The notes below the pieces were generated by a model. The model had not been told where the DNA came from. It worked only from the letters and a program-made list of their open reading frames with translations, and searched no databases. A stretch of DNA of 61,041 nt, filler included. It is 6 parts of 6 records of this genome, joined end to end, with 100 filler letters (N's around TTAATTAATTAA, not from the genome) between each part and the next. Parts side by side here need not be neighbours in the genome. Positions count along the whole stretch, not along the records: positions 15,362 to 28,266 come from DRR723986_10774; positions 28,367 to 37,714 come from DRR723986_10788; 4 more parts are not named here. One strand, 5' to 3'. This document shows, one piece after another, positions 22,101 to 30,191 of this stretch (its first letter is position 1; every line of letters begins with the position of its first letter). The position numbers and the translations under genes are program-made.

Positions 22101-23083
22101 CCCGCCTGCGCGCGGCCAAGGCCGCTGACCTGCCAGGGCATTTCGCGCCCATCATGGTTGCGTTGTTCAACCAGCGGGCGCAATTGGCATTGACCGGCCC
22201 GCAGATCATCGCCAAACCAGCTCACCACCAAAGACACCGCCTGACAGGCAGGCGCCTCTAGCGCCAAGGCATCCAGCGCTGTCACCAGATCTGGCTGGCC
22301 CGATGGCGTGTTCACATTGCGGCTACCCATCGCGCCGGGGCCAAATTGCACCGATACCGGCTGGCTGGCCAATGCATATTCGCCCGTTCCCGGCATCAAG
22401 GCCACGGCCTGCACGTTTTGCGCCGGGTCGCCATCAGGGCCACCGTTTTCCTCGGGGCATAGCACCTCGAAGCTAAACTGCGGCACCCGGTTGCCAAAGG
22501 CCTCTAGCGGCAGATCCTCGAATACAACATAAGCGGTGCCGCGGTAGGCCGGCACGCTGCCTGCGCCTTCGATGGCCTCGATCTTGGGGTCGGGCAACTG
22601 GGTATCACTGCCGGTGTAGACGCGCATCACCACATCTTCCACAGCCAGTTCCGCCCCATCGGCCCAAACCCGCTGCACACCGGCAATGGGCCCGGCACAC
22701 AAAGCCACCGCCAAGCTGACAGAATAGCTATAGCGCACCGTCGTGGGCGTGGCGGGTTGGGGCGTGCCCTTTCCCCCGCGGCTGCCTTGGGTCACGCTGA
22801 CATGTTCGGCAAAAGCACTGGCCCAAATCACCTGGCCGCCAATACGCACGCGCCCAAACACATGCGGCACCGGCGCCCCCTCGCCCGCCCCGGTCAGGCG
22901 CAAGCGATCGACGCGGCCCTGTTCTACCACCCCGCTGCCTTGGCCCAAAAGGCGCTGATCCAAGACGCGGCCAACCGCCGCCCCCGCAAACCGCCCCCAG
23001 ACCGCTGCCGACAGGCCCAAAGCCTGCCCGCCAACAGCCCCGCCCACAGCTGCACCCGCAGCGCTTAAAATGACCGTGGCCAT
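19166..23083 (-). CDS. GTA baseplate multidomain protein (g15, TIM-barrel-like domain plus phage tail domain)
   Basis: 1305 aa. PAYRGTAYVVFE, GGTPADASV, YAADWSEY, IGIDNYMPLSDWR, KPIWFTEFGC, WAWDARPYP, WVRRTRIDGD motifs. Confidence 0.92.
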   Translation of the reverse strand: MATVILSAAGAAVGGAVGGQALGLSAAVWGRFAGAAVGRVLDQRLLGQGSGVVEQGRVDRLRLTGAGEGAPVPHVFGRVRIGGQVIWASAFAEHVSVTQGSRGGKGTPQPATPTTVRYSYSVSLAVALCAGPIAGVQRVWADGAELAVEDVVMRVYTGSDTQLPDPKIEAIEGAGSVPAYRGTAYVVFEDLPLEAFGNRVPQFSFEVLCPEENGGPDGDPAQNVQAVALMPGTGEYALASQPVSVQFGPGAMGSRNVNTPSGQPDLVTALDALALEAPACQAVSLVVSWFGDDLRAGQCQLRPLVEQRNHDGREMPWQVSGLGRAQAGAVPHENGRAVYGGTPADASVVQAIRLLRGRGQAVMFYPFILMQQLSGNGRPDPWGQAAEQPRLPWRGRITGAFAPGQPGSPDGTDAADAEVASFMGQARAHHFQITGGQVFYSGPEDWGYARFILHYAALCAAAGGVDSFCIGSEMRGLSTLRGRQGFPFVQALRGLAGEVRSLLGADVKLGYAADWSEYFGYHPQDGSNDLFFHLDPLWADPEIDFIGIDNYMPLSDWRDGEAHLDAHWGDGRALGYLQAGIEGGEGYDWYYPSPEARAAQQRQPITDGAYGEPWVWRYKDMRNWWANPHHERIAGLRQEQPTPWVPMSKPIWFTEFGCPAVDKGANQPNKFLDPKSSESGLPFFSNGQRDDAMQMAYLRAMLGYWARPEVNPISPVYGGAMIDMTRAFVWAWDARPYPAFPGRQELWDDGQNHARGHWVTGRLGTRSVGSVIKALCGLAGLARVDTSALPAVLSGYVLDDISDIRRALQPLMLAYGVDVADREGVLTFLPRTGRLATSLESADLVQTQQLDAVVQITRAAEAEMQGRVRLKFFESGGNYDVIAEETVLPDDQSHMVSTTEIPLVMTRAQGRQLLERWLAEARVARDVARFALPPSRVDLGVGDLVRLPGVAGQFRIDRIEEQGLRLCEATRAAPMLYQSAAFEDTVPRQTPFLAALPVDAVFLDLPLMRGQEQPHAPHVAISAEPWQGAVAVYGGSGAQDFSLDLVVGARATMGALSAPLDAHPPGRFDWGGQLEVQLISGHLTSVTPEALLSGANLAAIGDGSPEGWELVQFGQAQLLAPGRFLLRQLLRGQLGSEAVMPAQWPVGSRFVLLDQAVEQLPMAPSQRGIERQFRIGPARRPVTDASFTPQRHAFAGAGLRPLAPVHLRAVSDAGGLALSWVRRTRIDGDAWEGLEVPLGEESERYLLRILQAGQIRHEELLSTPHWDMPAALAATLAPGGGQAEVAQVSAVSGPGYSARLMVQMG

Positions 23084-23086
23084 ACC

Positions 23087-23533
23087 CTACCCCTTTTCCG
23101 GAAACCGAAATCGCGCCACCACCCGCCGCGCCCAAGGGGCGCTGAGTGCGCTTTCCACCACGCCATGCCCCGAATAGGCATGAATAAACCGCGCTTCTGG
23201 GTGCAGCTGCACCAAGATGCCCAAATGCTTGGCCACCGCCCCCTGGCGCATGCGCAACAGCACCACGTCACCGCCCTGCCAACCAAGATGGTCAACAGGC
23301 TGCAAATGCCGCAAAGCGGCCTGCCACAGCAGCTCGTCCTGGCCCAGCTCGCCCCACATCTGGCTATAGGCCGGGGGCAGTTCCGGCTCGGGGCCCAGCA
23401 CCTCGCGCCAGACGCCCCGGATCAGGCCCAAACAATCGCAGCCGGCGCCCATGGTGCTGGCCTGATGGCGATAAGGCGTGCCCAGCCAGCGGCGTGCCGC
23501 CGCGATGACCGCACGGCTTGTTTGTGTGCTCAT
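23087..23533 (-). CDS. GTA NlpC/P60 cell-wall peptidase (g14)
   Basis: WLGTPYRHQ, GCDCLGLIRGVWR, KHLG, FIHAY catalytic motifs. Confidence 0.92.
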   Translation of the reverse strand: MSTQTSRAVIAAARRWLGTPYRHQASTMGAGCDCLGLIRGVWREVLGPEPELPPAYSQMWGELGQDELLWQAALRHLQPVDHLGWQGGDVVLLRMRQGAVAKHLGILVQLHPEARFIHAYSGHGVVESALSAPWARRVVARFRFPEKG

Positions 23534-24417
23534 CGCCGGCTGCCCCCCGTCAGATCCGCAGAACGGGCTGGGTGAACCAGCATCCAGTCTTCCGAAGGGA
23601 TATCAGGAAAGCCTCGAAAATTCAGAAGGTTGTCAAATTTGAACCGGCATGTTTCAACGCGTTTGTCACAGCCGGCCAGCAGTTTAACCTGATCGCCCGG
23701 TGCCACATCGGCCCCCAGCTCGGCCCACAGGCCAATCTGGCGCTGCCCGCCCTCTAGCGCGACGTCATGCTTGATCACAGCGCGCAGCCCCAAAGCTGCA
23801 CCGCTTTTCACCTCAAGCGCCCCTCGGGCGAACCAACCCGCCTCGAAACTGCCCGCCAAAGCCACCTGCAGGCTATGATCTGCCCCCAAGGCAACCACCT
23901 GCCCAACCGCTTTGAACCCATCACGCGACAGATCAAACCCACAGGCCGCATCCCCCAGCACAGCCGGGCATGGTTTTTGATACACCCGCCCAACCGGGCG
24001 GTTAAGCGCCTCGGTTTGACCCCGCAATTCCACATAAAAAGCCCCGTCACCATGGCGGATTTCGCCAAAATGCCCCCGAAACCGCAGGTGGCGTTCATCC
24101 GGCTTTGCCCAGTTGACCCGCCATATCTCCACCTCGGCCCCGTCATAGCGGCCCGCTGCAATGTCATCCGCGCTGATCCGCGTATCTTGCAACACGCCCA
24201 TGGCTTCGGCGTTATCTACCGCCATGCCATTGCCCAATTGCAAGGCGCTGGCCGTCATGCCGCTGCTGGGTAGAAATTCCAGCCCCTCAAACTCTACCGC
24301 ACAATCATGATCGGTAAAGCCAAGGCGCAGCCCATCGCGGCGCCGCACAGCCCAGGCATTGGCAACCGTGCTGTGGCCGCTTTTCAAATGCGCCAATAAC
24401 CCGCGTGACCCGCTCAT
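23530..24417 (-). CDS. GTA baseplate hub protein (g13, DUF2163)
   Basis: RRDG-x-x-LGFTDHD, GRYDGAEV, C-x-x-x-LGD-x-x-C, GCDK...C..KF.N..NFRGFP. Confidence 0.9.
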   Translation of the reverse strand: MSGSRGLLAHLKSGHSTVANAWAVRRRDGLRLGFTDHDCAVEFEGLEFLPSSGMTASALQLGNGMAVDNAEAMGVLQDTRISADDIAAGRYDGAEVEIWRVNWAKPDERHLRFRGHFGEIRHGDGAFYVELRGQTEALNRPVGRVYQKPCPAVLGDAACGFDLSRDGFKAVGQVVALGADHSLQVALAGSFEAGWFARGALEVKSGAALGLRAVIKHDVALEGGQRQIGLWAELGADVAPGDQVKLLAGCDKRVETCRFKFDNLLNFRGFPDIPSEDWMLVHPARSADLTGGSRR

Positions 24418-25046
24418 AGCCGCACCTCGACCACCGGCACATCGGGCACATCGCCAGCACGAAAGCTGGCCACACTGGTTTGAATACGGTCCGTGTCAAA
24501 ACGCACCGGAACGTCAAATTCAAACCCTGCCGTTATCTCTAGCCCCGGGGCAGGTGCCGCGGCAAACTGGATTGTGCCACGCGCATAATCTACCTCCCAA
24601 TGCTGGCCTTCTTGCTGTGGGTCGCCCTCGACCCCCACAAAAACACTGCCCCTTACGGGTTTTTCAATCGGGCGCAGATAGACGTTAGAGCCCGATTGAT
24701 AGGACTTTCGCAGTTGAAAAACCCGCTCTTGCCCATCGCCATAGCCGATCACCTGATCGTCAAACCCCGGCACAGCCGACGGCAGGCACGATTTGTAATC
24801 AGCCCAATCTTTCCAGCGAAACCCATAAAGGCGCCCATGGCGCGCCTCGAAAAACGCAATCAGCGCGGCCACGTCATCTAGGCTGCGCAGCCCAACCCCC
24901 GCGTCATACCGCCGGCGCGAATGTGCCCAAGGGCTGTTGCGCTCTTCGTAGCCATTGCTCAGCGTCACCACTTCGGTGCGCCGCTCTGGCCCACCGACCG
25001 AGCCAAAGCTCAGGTTGGCGGGAAACCGTATCTCATGAAATCCCAT
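24414..25046 (-). CDS. GTA distal tail protein (g12, DUF2460)
   Basis: FHEIRFP, GGPERRTEVVTL, RRRYDAG, AGFEFDVPVRFDTD. Confidence 0.92.
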   Translation of the reverse strand: MGFHEIRFPANLSFGSVGGPERRTEVVTLSNGYEERNSPWAHSRRRYDAGVGLRSLDDVAALIAFFEARHGRLYGFRWKDWADYKSCLPSAVPGFDDQVIGYGDGQERVFQLRKSYQSGSNVYLRPIEKPVRGSVFVGVEGDPQQEGQHWEVDYARGTIQFAAAPAPGLEITAGFEFDVPVRFDTDRIQTSVASFRAGDVPDVPVVEVRL

Positions 25047-25055
25047 ATCACCCTC

Positions 25056-25718
25056 TTAGCCGTTGCGTTGCCCACGCCCCAAAGCCCGGGCCATTTGCCC
25101 GGCCAATTGGCTTTGACTGCGGCGAAACCCCTCGACATCGGGGGTGGTGATGTTCATCACAACATTCACCGGCCGCCCCCCGCCCTGCATGCGCACGCCC
25201 AAGGCACCATCGGCCCCCCGCGCCAAAGGCATAATGGCTTCGGGCCCCGCCTCGCCCATCAGCCCTGTGCCCCCGCGCATGGCAAACAGGCTAGGCCCGC
25301 TGACCACCCCTCCCTTGGCAAAGGGCATCACCCGCCCTTGGGTGAACCCTGCCCCTTGGGCAAAGGGCAGCACTGCGCCAAAAACGCTGCCCACCCCATC
25401 GATCAAGGCCTGGCCCAAATGCGACGTCACAGGGCGCACGGCCGCGGAATAGCTGGTGGCGATCATACTGCGCGCCACGCTTTCCAGCGCGTCTGACAAT
25501 TTCAGACCATCCAAAAGCAGCCCATCAAAGGCCCGCCGCAACCCCCGCGACAAGCCGCGCTCTAGCGTGCCGATATCGGCCTGGGTTTCCACCATTGCCC
25601 CACGCAAGCCGCGCAATGCCACCTCGAAACCCGCAGTCAGCGCGGCCACATCGCCCAGGGCCGTGTCCAGCCCATCAAGCTGGCCGTCAAACCCATCGCT
25701 TTTGTCATAGTCTGTCAT
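25056..25718 (-). CDS. GTA tail tape measure protein (g11)
   Basis: 220 aa. PFAKGGVV, GLMGEAGPEAIMPL, FRRSQSQLA motifs. Confidence 0.9.
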   Translation of the reverse strand: MTDYDKSDGFDGQLDGLDTALGDVAALTAGFEVALRGLRGAMVETQADIGTLERGLSRGLRRAFDGLLLDGLKLSDALESVARSMIATSYSAAVRPVTSHLGQALIDGVGSVFGAVLPFAQGAGFTQGRVMPFAKGGVVSGPSLFAMRGGTGLMGEAGPEAIMPLARGADGALGVRMQGGGRPVNVVMNITTPDVEGFRRSQSQLAGQMARALGRGQRNG

Positions 25719-25905
25719 TCATTACCTCCTGTGGCACATCTGGAAATTCCGCCAAAATCTGCGCCAAACGCGCCTGCCCCATGGGCACCGCCCCAGGGGT
25801 ATGGCCGCTCATCAACATCAGTTCGGCCGGGGTCAGCGCCCAAAACGCATCTGGCGACAAGCGCAGCACCCCCAAACCCAACCGCATCAAACCCGGCCAA
25901 TCCAT
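25705..25905 (-). CDS. GTA tail assembly chaperone (g10.1)
   Basis: DWPGLMRLGLGVLRLSPDAFWALTPAEL...FPD motif and position in the cluster. Confidence 0.85.
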   Translation of the reverse strand: MDWPGLMRLGLGVLRLSPDAFWALTPAELMLMSGHTPGAVPMGQARLAQILAEFPDVPQEVMNDRL

Positions 25906-25908
25906 GGC

Positions 25909-26229
25909 CTAGGCCCCACCATCCAGGGGCGCAAAAGCGCCAGCCAAGAGCGCCGCCGCCGCCTGCGCTGCCGCCGCCCCCCCCTGAATTTCACCCTGTG
26001 CCAGCTCGTCAGGGGCACCGCGCCACCCACCGCCCCGCAGCCCGGCAACAAGCAAGGCAAGCACATCGCGCGCGCGAAATTGCCCATTCTCAAAGCGCTG
26101 GACCATCGCCAGCAAACTGTCGCTGCCCAAGGCCTCTTCCAATTCGGCCAAAGCCCCCAGCGTCAGGCGCATCACATGGGTCTGCCCATTCAGCACCAGC
26201 ACCACCTCGCCACGATAGCGGTTCACCAT
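25909..26229 (-). CDS. GTA tail assembly chaperone (g10)
   Basis: NRYRGEV, LTLGALAELE, AGLRGGG. The ATG overlaps the g9 stop. Confidence 0.88.
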   Translation of the reverse strand: MVNRYRGEVVLVLNGQTHVMRLTLGALAELEEALGSDSLLAMVQRFENGQFRARDVLALLVAGLRGGGWRGAPDELAQGEIQGGAAAAQAAAALLAGAFAPLDGGA

Positions 26230-26642
26230 CACAGCGCCTGAAAGCTCAGCGCGCCGGCCGATGCCAGGGCCAGCTCGAATGTGGCCTCGCCATTATAGCT
26301 GCCCGCATATTCGATCGCGGTAATCTGGAACGGCCCCTCGACCACTCCAAAATCGGGAATAATCACCTGAAACCCCGGGGTTTCCCCATCAAAAAACACC
26401 TGCCGCGCGCGCTCGTCGGTGCTGGCATCGCGAAACACACCTTGGCCACTGATCTGGGCGCTGCGCATACCCGCACCTGCCAATAATTCGCGCCACCCCC
26501 CCTGGCTTTCCAAGCTGGTCACATCCACGCTTTCCGCATTAAAACTGATGCGCGTCGCCCGCAGCCCTGCCACGGTGGCAAATTGCCCATCGCCCGTCAG
26601 ATCCATCTTGATCAACAGATCTTTTCCATTCTGTGCGCCCAT
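26229..26642 (-). CDS. GTA major tail tube protein, TP901-1 family (g9)
   Basis: AQNGKDLLIK, VAGLRATRISFNAE, GGWRELL, GPFQITAIEYAG. Confidence 0.93.
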   Translation of the reverse strand: MGAQNGKDLLIKMDLTGDGQFATVAGLRATRISFNAESVDVTSLESQGGWRELLAGAGMRSAQISGQGVFRDASTDERARQVFFDGETPGFQVIIPDFGVVEGPFQITAIEYAGSYNGEATFELALASAGALSFQAL

Positions 26643-26647
26643 ATCCC

Positions 26648-27067
26648 TTACTCCACTAGGGGTTGCTCGTAATCGACCCGCGCCCGAAACCGCAGGTCTA
26701 TGCGCCGCCCGCCGCCATTACGCCGCGCGCTGGCACGCAAAAAATCCAGTCCCACCAATCGCCCGGCCTCTAGGGTCAGCGGGCCGTTTCCCAAGGCCTG
26801 ATGCACCGCAGCGGCCAGCTCTTTGGCGGTCAAAAACCCGGCCTCAGCTGCAAAAATGCTGATGATAAAATCAATCCGCGCACCGCCCCACCCCGGCCCC
26901 GAGCTGTCGCGCAGCTCTTCTGGCCCAAGGCTGATATACAAAGGCGGCACAGGCCCCGCAGGCAGGCCATCGTAAATGGCGCCTCCCACCAATGCGCCAA
27001 GCGCCGCATCCCCCGCCAACCGGGCAAAAACCGCCCGCTGCAATGACACCGACATATCAAGGCTCAT
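26648..27067 (-). CDS. GTA tail terminator (g8, DUF3168)
   Basis: LQRAVFARL, GAIYD, YISLGPEE, RRIDLRFRA. Confidence 0.85.
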   Translation of the reverse strand: MSLDMSVSLQRAVFARLAGDAALGALVGGAIYDGLPAGPVPPLYISLGPEELRDSSGPGWGGARIDFIISIFAAEAGFLTAKELAAAVHQALGNGPLTLEAGRLVGLDFLRASARRNGGGRRIDLRFRARVDYEQPLVE

Positions 27068-27411
27068 GCCACCACCTCTTCTTTGGCAAAGCACATCAAA
27101 TACCGCCCAGCCTGGTCATGATCGGCCACCGCCAAGATCCGAAACACCCTGTTTCCCTCGCAGAACCGCTGGTCCGGGCGTGGGCGCAGGGGGGCGTTTT
27201 GCGGCAAGGCCCGCACCAAAATGCGCAAAGTTATCTGTGCCAGATCGCCCGCGTCACCGCGCCCCACCCGGCCCGAACGCGCCTCGATCTGCGCCCAAAC
27301 CTGGCCCAGCTCTTGCCACTCTACCCGCGATCCGCCCGCACCATCGGGCGTGCGCACCGGGGTTTCCAGCCGCAACAGGCGGTTTAATTGCGGCGTTTTC
27401 GCACCCCTCAT
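27064..27411 (-). CDS. GTA head-tail adaptor/stopper (g7)
   Basis: LNRLLRLE...DGAGG...W...W, RPRPDQRF. The ATG at 27411 overlaps the g6 stop. Confidence 0.85.
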   Translation of the reverse strand: MRGAKTPQLNRLLRLETPVRTPDGAGGSRVEWQELGQVWAQIEARSGRVGRGDAGDLAQITLRILVRALPQNAPLRPRPDQRFCEGNRVFRILAVADHDQAGRYLMCFAKEEVVA

Positions 27412-28013
27412 GCCACGCCCCCACCCAGCAGCCGCACAGTGCGGTAGCGTTCGATCAGGCTGCTGACACCAAAGGGCATGCATCCCGCCCCCAGCGCCGT
27501 GTCGTCCCGATATTCGTAATAATGCGCAGCCAGCATCAAAACCGCTTGGCGCAAATCGGCTGGCAGCCCGGGCCACGCGGCGGCGAGGCCTGCGCTGAAA
27601 TCGATCTGTACGCCCCCGCCGGTGGGCACCATGGGCAACAAAGCTGCCACCGGGCGCAGCAGCGGGCGCTGCGCATCTGGCACCAGGCGATAAAGCGCCG
27701 GCGCGATGGTGCGCTCTTGCCCATCGAGGTCTTTCATGACAACCGCATTCAGCGCGGTGACTGGCGCCACGGGCAACGGCTGCCCAACCGGGTCGCGCCA
27801 ATCTTGTAATGTCAGCAAAAACTGCCGTTCCAACAGCACTTTGCCCGTGCGCGCCTCGATCGCAGCCATGGCGGCACGCAAAAACCCGCCCAACACATCG
27901 GCCTGCAAGCTTTCCTCGCCAAGGCCTGTGCCCAGCCGCAAATGGGCCCGCAACGCGGCAACCGGCAGCGCCTCGTCGGGCAGCTCGGTTTTTTCGATTA
28001 AGATCATGGGCAT
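27408..28013 (-). CDS. GTA head-tail connector (g6)
   Basis: LPVAALRAHLRLG, AAIEARTGK, PADLRQAVLMLAAHYYEYR. GGAGA SD before ATG 28013. Confidence 0.9.
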   Translation of the reverse strand: MPMILIEKTELPDEALPVAALRAHLRLGTGLGEESLQADVLGGFLRAAMAAIEARTGKVLLERQFLLTLQDWRDPVGQPLPVAPVTALNAVVMKDLDGQERTIAPALYRLVPDAQRPLLRPVAALLPMVPTGGGVQIDFSAGLAAAWPGLPADLRQAVLMLAAHYYEYRDDTALGAGCMPFGVSSLIERYRTVRLLGGGVA

Positions 28014-28154
28014 ATCTCCATATTCTGCGGCCCCATTGGTGCTGAACGGCGCGTGCCAACCCCTGTTGCTCGGTCGGAGGGAGCAGCTAGACAACAGCAG
28101 GCCAGACGGCACGCGCCGTCGGGGCAGCGGCACAGCCCCTGCCCCATCTCGGGC

Positions 28155-28266
28155 TTAGCTTGCGGAAAACTTCAGCAGCTTGATCGCCGCAAAATCGCTG
28201 ACATCCCCGCCCACGCGTTTGGTGGCGTAAAACAGCACATGCGGCTTGGCGCTGAACGGGTCACGC
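28155..28266 (-). CDS. GTA major capsid protein (g5), C-terminal fragment
   Basis: My translation is RDPFSAKPHVLFYATKRVGGDVSDFAAIKLLKFSAS*, matching the GTA HK97-type capsid C-terminus. Not in the ORF track. Confidence 0.92.
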
Positions 28267-28366
28267 NNNNNNNNNNNNNNNNNNNNNNNNNNNNNNNNNN
28301 NNNNNNNNNNTTAATTAATTAANNNNNNNNNNNNNNNNNNNNNNNNNNNNNNNNNNNNNNNNNNNN
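28267..28366. other. artificial contig-joining spacer
   Basis: N44-TTAATTAATTAA-N44. Confidence 0.98.
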
Positions 28367-29588
28367 CAGGTACTCGAATGTTGGCCCCGGTCAGAGGCGT
28401 GGGACCGGTAATCACCGCAGCTTGCTCCAGGGGCCTGCGGGGCACTCGGCGGGTAATACTGGCGATGCCCTCTTTGTAGACCTGGATATCGGCACCCATT
28501 TTCACCAGGGCGTCGGTAAACCCAAATCGGTTTTCATACACCGTTTCGTGAACAATCGAGCGACCTTCAGCCTGGGTCAACGCCACGATCATGGGTTGCT
28601 GCCAATCGGTCATGAAACCGGGGTGAACATCGGTTTCGATCACCACGGGCTTAATGGCGCCGCCGGGGTGGCGGAAACGGATTCCTTCGTCATCAATATC
28701 GAAAACGCCACCGACTTTGCGATAGACGTTGAGAAACGTCATGAGTTCTTGCTGGTGGGCGCCGCGAACATAAATATCCCCGCGGGTGGCCAAGGCTGCC
28801 GCCGCCCAACTTGCGGCTTCGTTGCGATCGGCAATCGCCCGGTGGACGTAACCCGATAACGAATCGACACCCTCGATCACAATGGTGCGATTGGGCTCCA
28901 CCACGATGATGGCGCCCATCTTTTGCAAAATAGCAATCAGGTCCATAATTTCTGGCTCGATGGCGGCGTTAGTGAGCTCGGTCACACCTTTGGCACGCAC
29001 AGCGGTCAAGAGGACCTGCTCGGTTGCTCCCACGCTGGGATAGGGAAGATCCACGCGAGCACCGACCAGACGAGCCGGAGCGCTGAGGCGAATGCCCTCA
29101 TTGCTCTTATCTACTTCAGCGCCAAAGGCACGAAGAGCATCCAGGTGGAAGTTAATCGGGCGATCCCCGATTCGACACCCCCCGAGGTCGGGGATATAGG
29201 CCTCACCCAACTGGTGAAGGAGTGGGCCACAAAAAAGAATTGGAATCCGACTAGAGCCCGCATGGGCATCAATCTCGGCAAAGTGTGCACTTTCCACACC
29301 GCGGGGATCCATCTGAATTTCCCCATCGGCGAGTTCTGTGACCTTCACAGCGTGGGCTTCTAATAACCCTCGAACTACGGCGACATCGCGGATGTGGGGA
29401 ACACCGCGCAGAACACTCGGTGAATCCGCCAGCAGCGCTGCCACCATCGCTTTGGTGACCAGGTTCTTTGCCCCGCGTACTTCCACTTCACCCACCAGAG
29501 GCTTGCCACCTTCAAATTTGATGGTGTCAGCGCTCTCCGGGTGAGCCGACAAGGAGGCTTTACCCGCGGCTGTTTCCACGGGGTTCAT
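28367..29588 (-). CDS. murA: UDP-N-acetylglucosamine 1-carboxyvinyltransferase (3' truncated)
   Basis: GAKN, GGCRIGDRPINFH, SVGATE, PGFMTDWQ, ETVYENRF. Confidence 0.95.
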
Positions 29589-30191
29589 TTACTGACTCCT
29601 GGCGGGCAGGGTTCGAGGACGCCATGCTTCACGGCGGCTTTCGAAATCTTCAATCGCGTCGGCGTGCTGGAGAGTGAGTGCGATGTCATCAAGGCCCTCC
29701 ATCAATCGCCAGCGAGTGTATTCGTCTATCTCAAAGGGTGCGCTAAGCCCTCCACACCGTATCTCACGCGCTCCCAGGTCCACGGTAACCGCGACACCCG
29801 GGTGAGCCTCGATTTCCGCCCACAGCGCCTCGATGACCGACTCAGCCACCAGTGCCGTGACCAGGCCCTGCTTGCCAGAATTGGAGCGGAAAATATCTCC
29901 AAAGCGCGAGGAAATTACCGCACGAAAGCCAAAGTCACGCAGTGCCCACACTGCGTGCTCGCGAGAAGACCCGGTGCCGAAATCGGGACCCGCGACCAGG
30001 ACACCGCCGTGGGTATAAGGCTCGGTGTTGAGAACGAAGGTGGGGTCTTGACGCCAGGCATAGAACAACGCATCGTCATAGCCGGTCTTCGTCACCCGCT
30101 TGAGAAATTCTGCCGGGATGATTTGGTCGGTATCGACGTTGCTGCGACGAAGTGGGACTCCGGTGCCCTCAACGAGTGAAATCTTGTCCAT
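29589..30191 (-). CDS. leuD: 3-isopropylmalate dehydratase small subunit
   Basis: [29 protein letters not shown]. Confidence 0.96.
   Translation of the reverse strand: MDKISLVEGTGVPLRRSNVDTDQIIPAEFLKRVTKTGYDDALFYAWRQDPTFVLNTEPYTHGGVLVAGPDFGTGSSREHAVWALRDFGFRAVISSRFGDIFRSNSGKQGLVTALVAESVIEALWAEIEAHPGVAVTVDLGAREIRCGGLSAPFEIDEYTRWRLMEGLDDIALTLQHADAIEDFESRREAWRPRTLPARSQ

Larger units (their letters stand above)
19166..28266 (-). mobile_element. RcGTA-like gene transfer agent head-tail gene cluster (g5 end to g15; 5' part lost at contig edge)
   Basis: Complete collinear gene order, short tape measure, cysE downstream, no integrase, replication or lysis genes in the visible part. Confidence 0.92.

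Noticed and set aside
27412..28133. Long N-terminal extensions of g7 (to 28059) and g6 (to 28133)
   Set aside because: They overlap g6 or the structured intergenic region. Coupled or SD-supported ATGs at 27411 and 28013 give the expected sizes.
19166..28266. Prophage interpretation of the head-tail genes
   Set aside because: Gene order, short tape measure, cysE flank and lack of integrase or lysis genes fit a GTA better.
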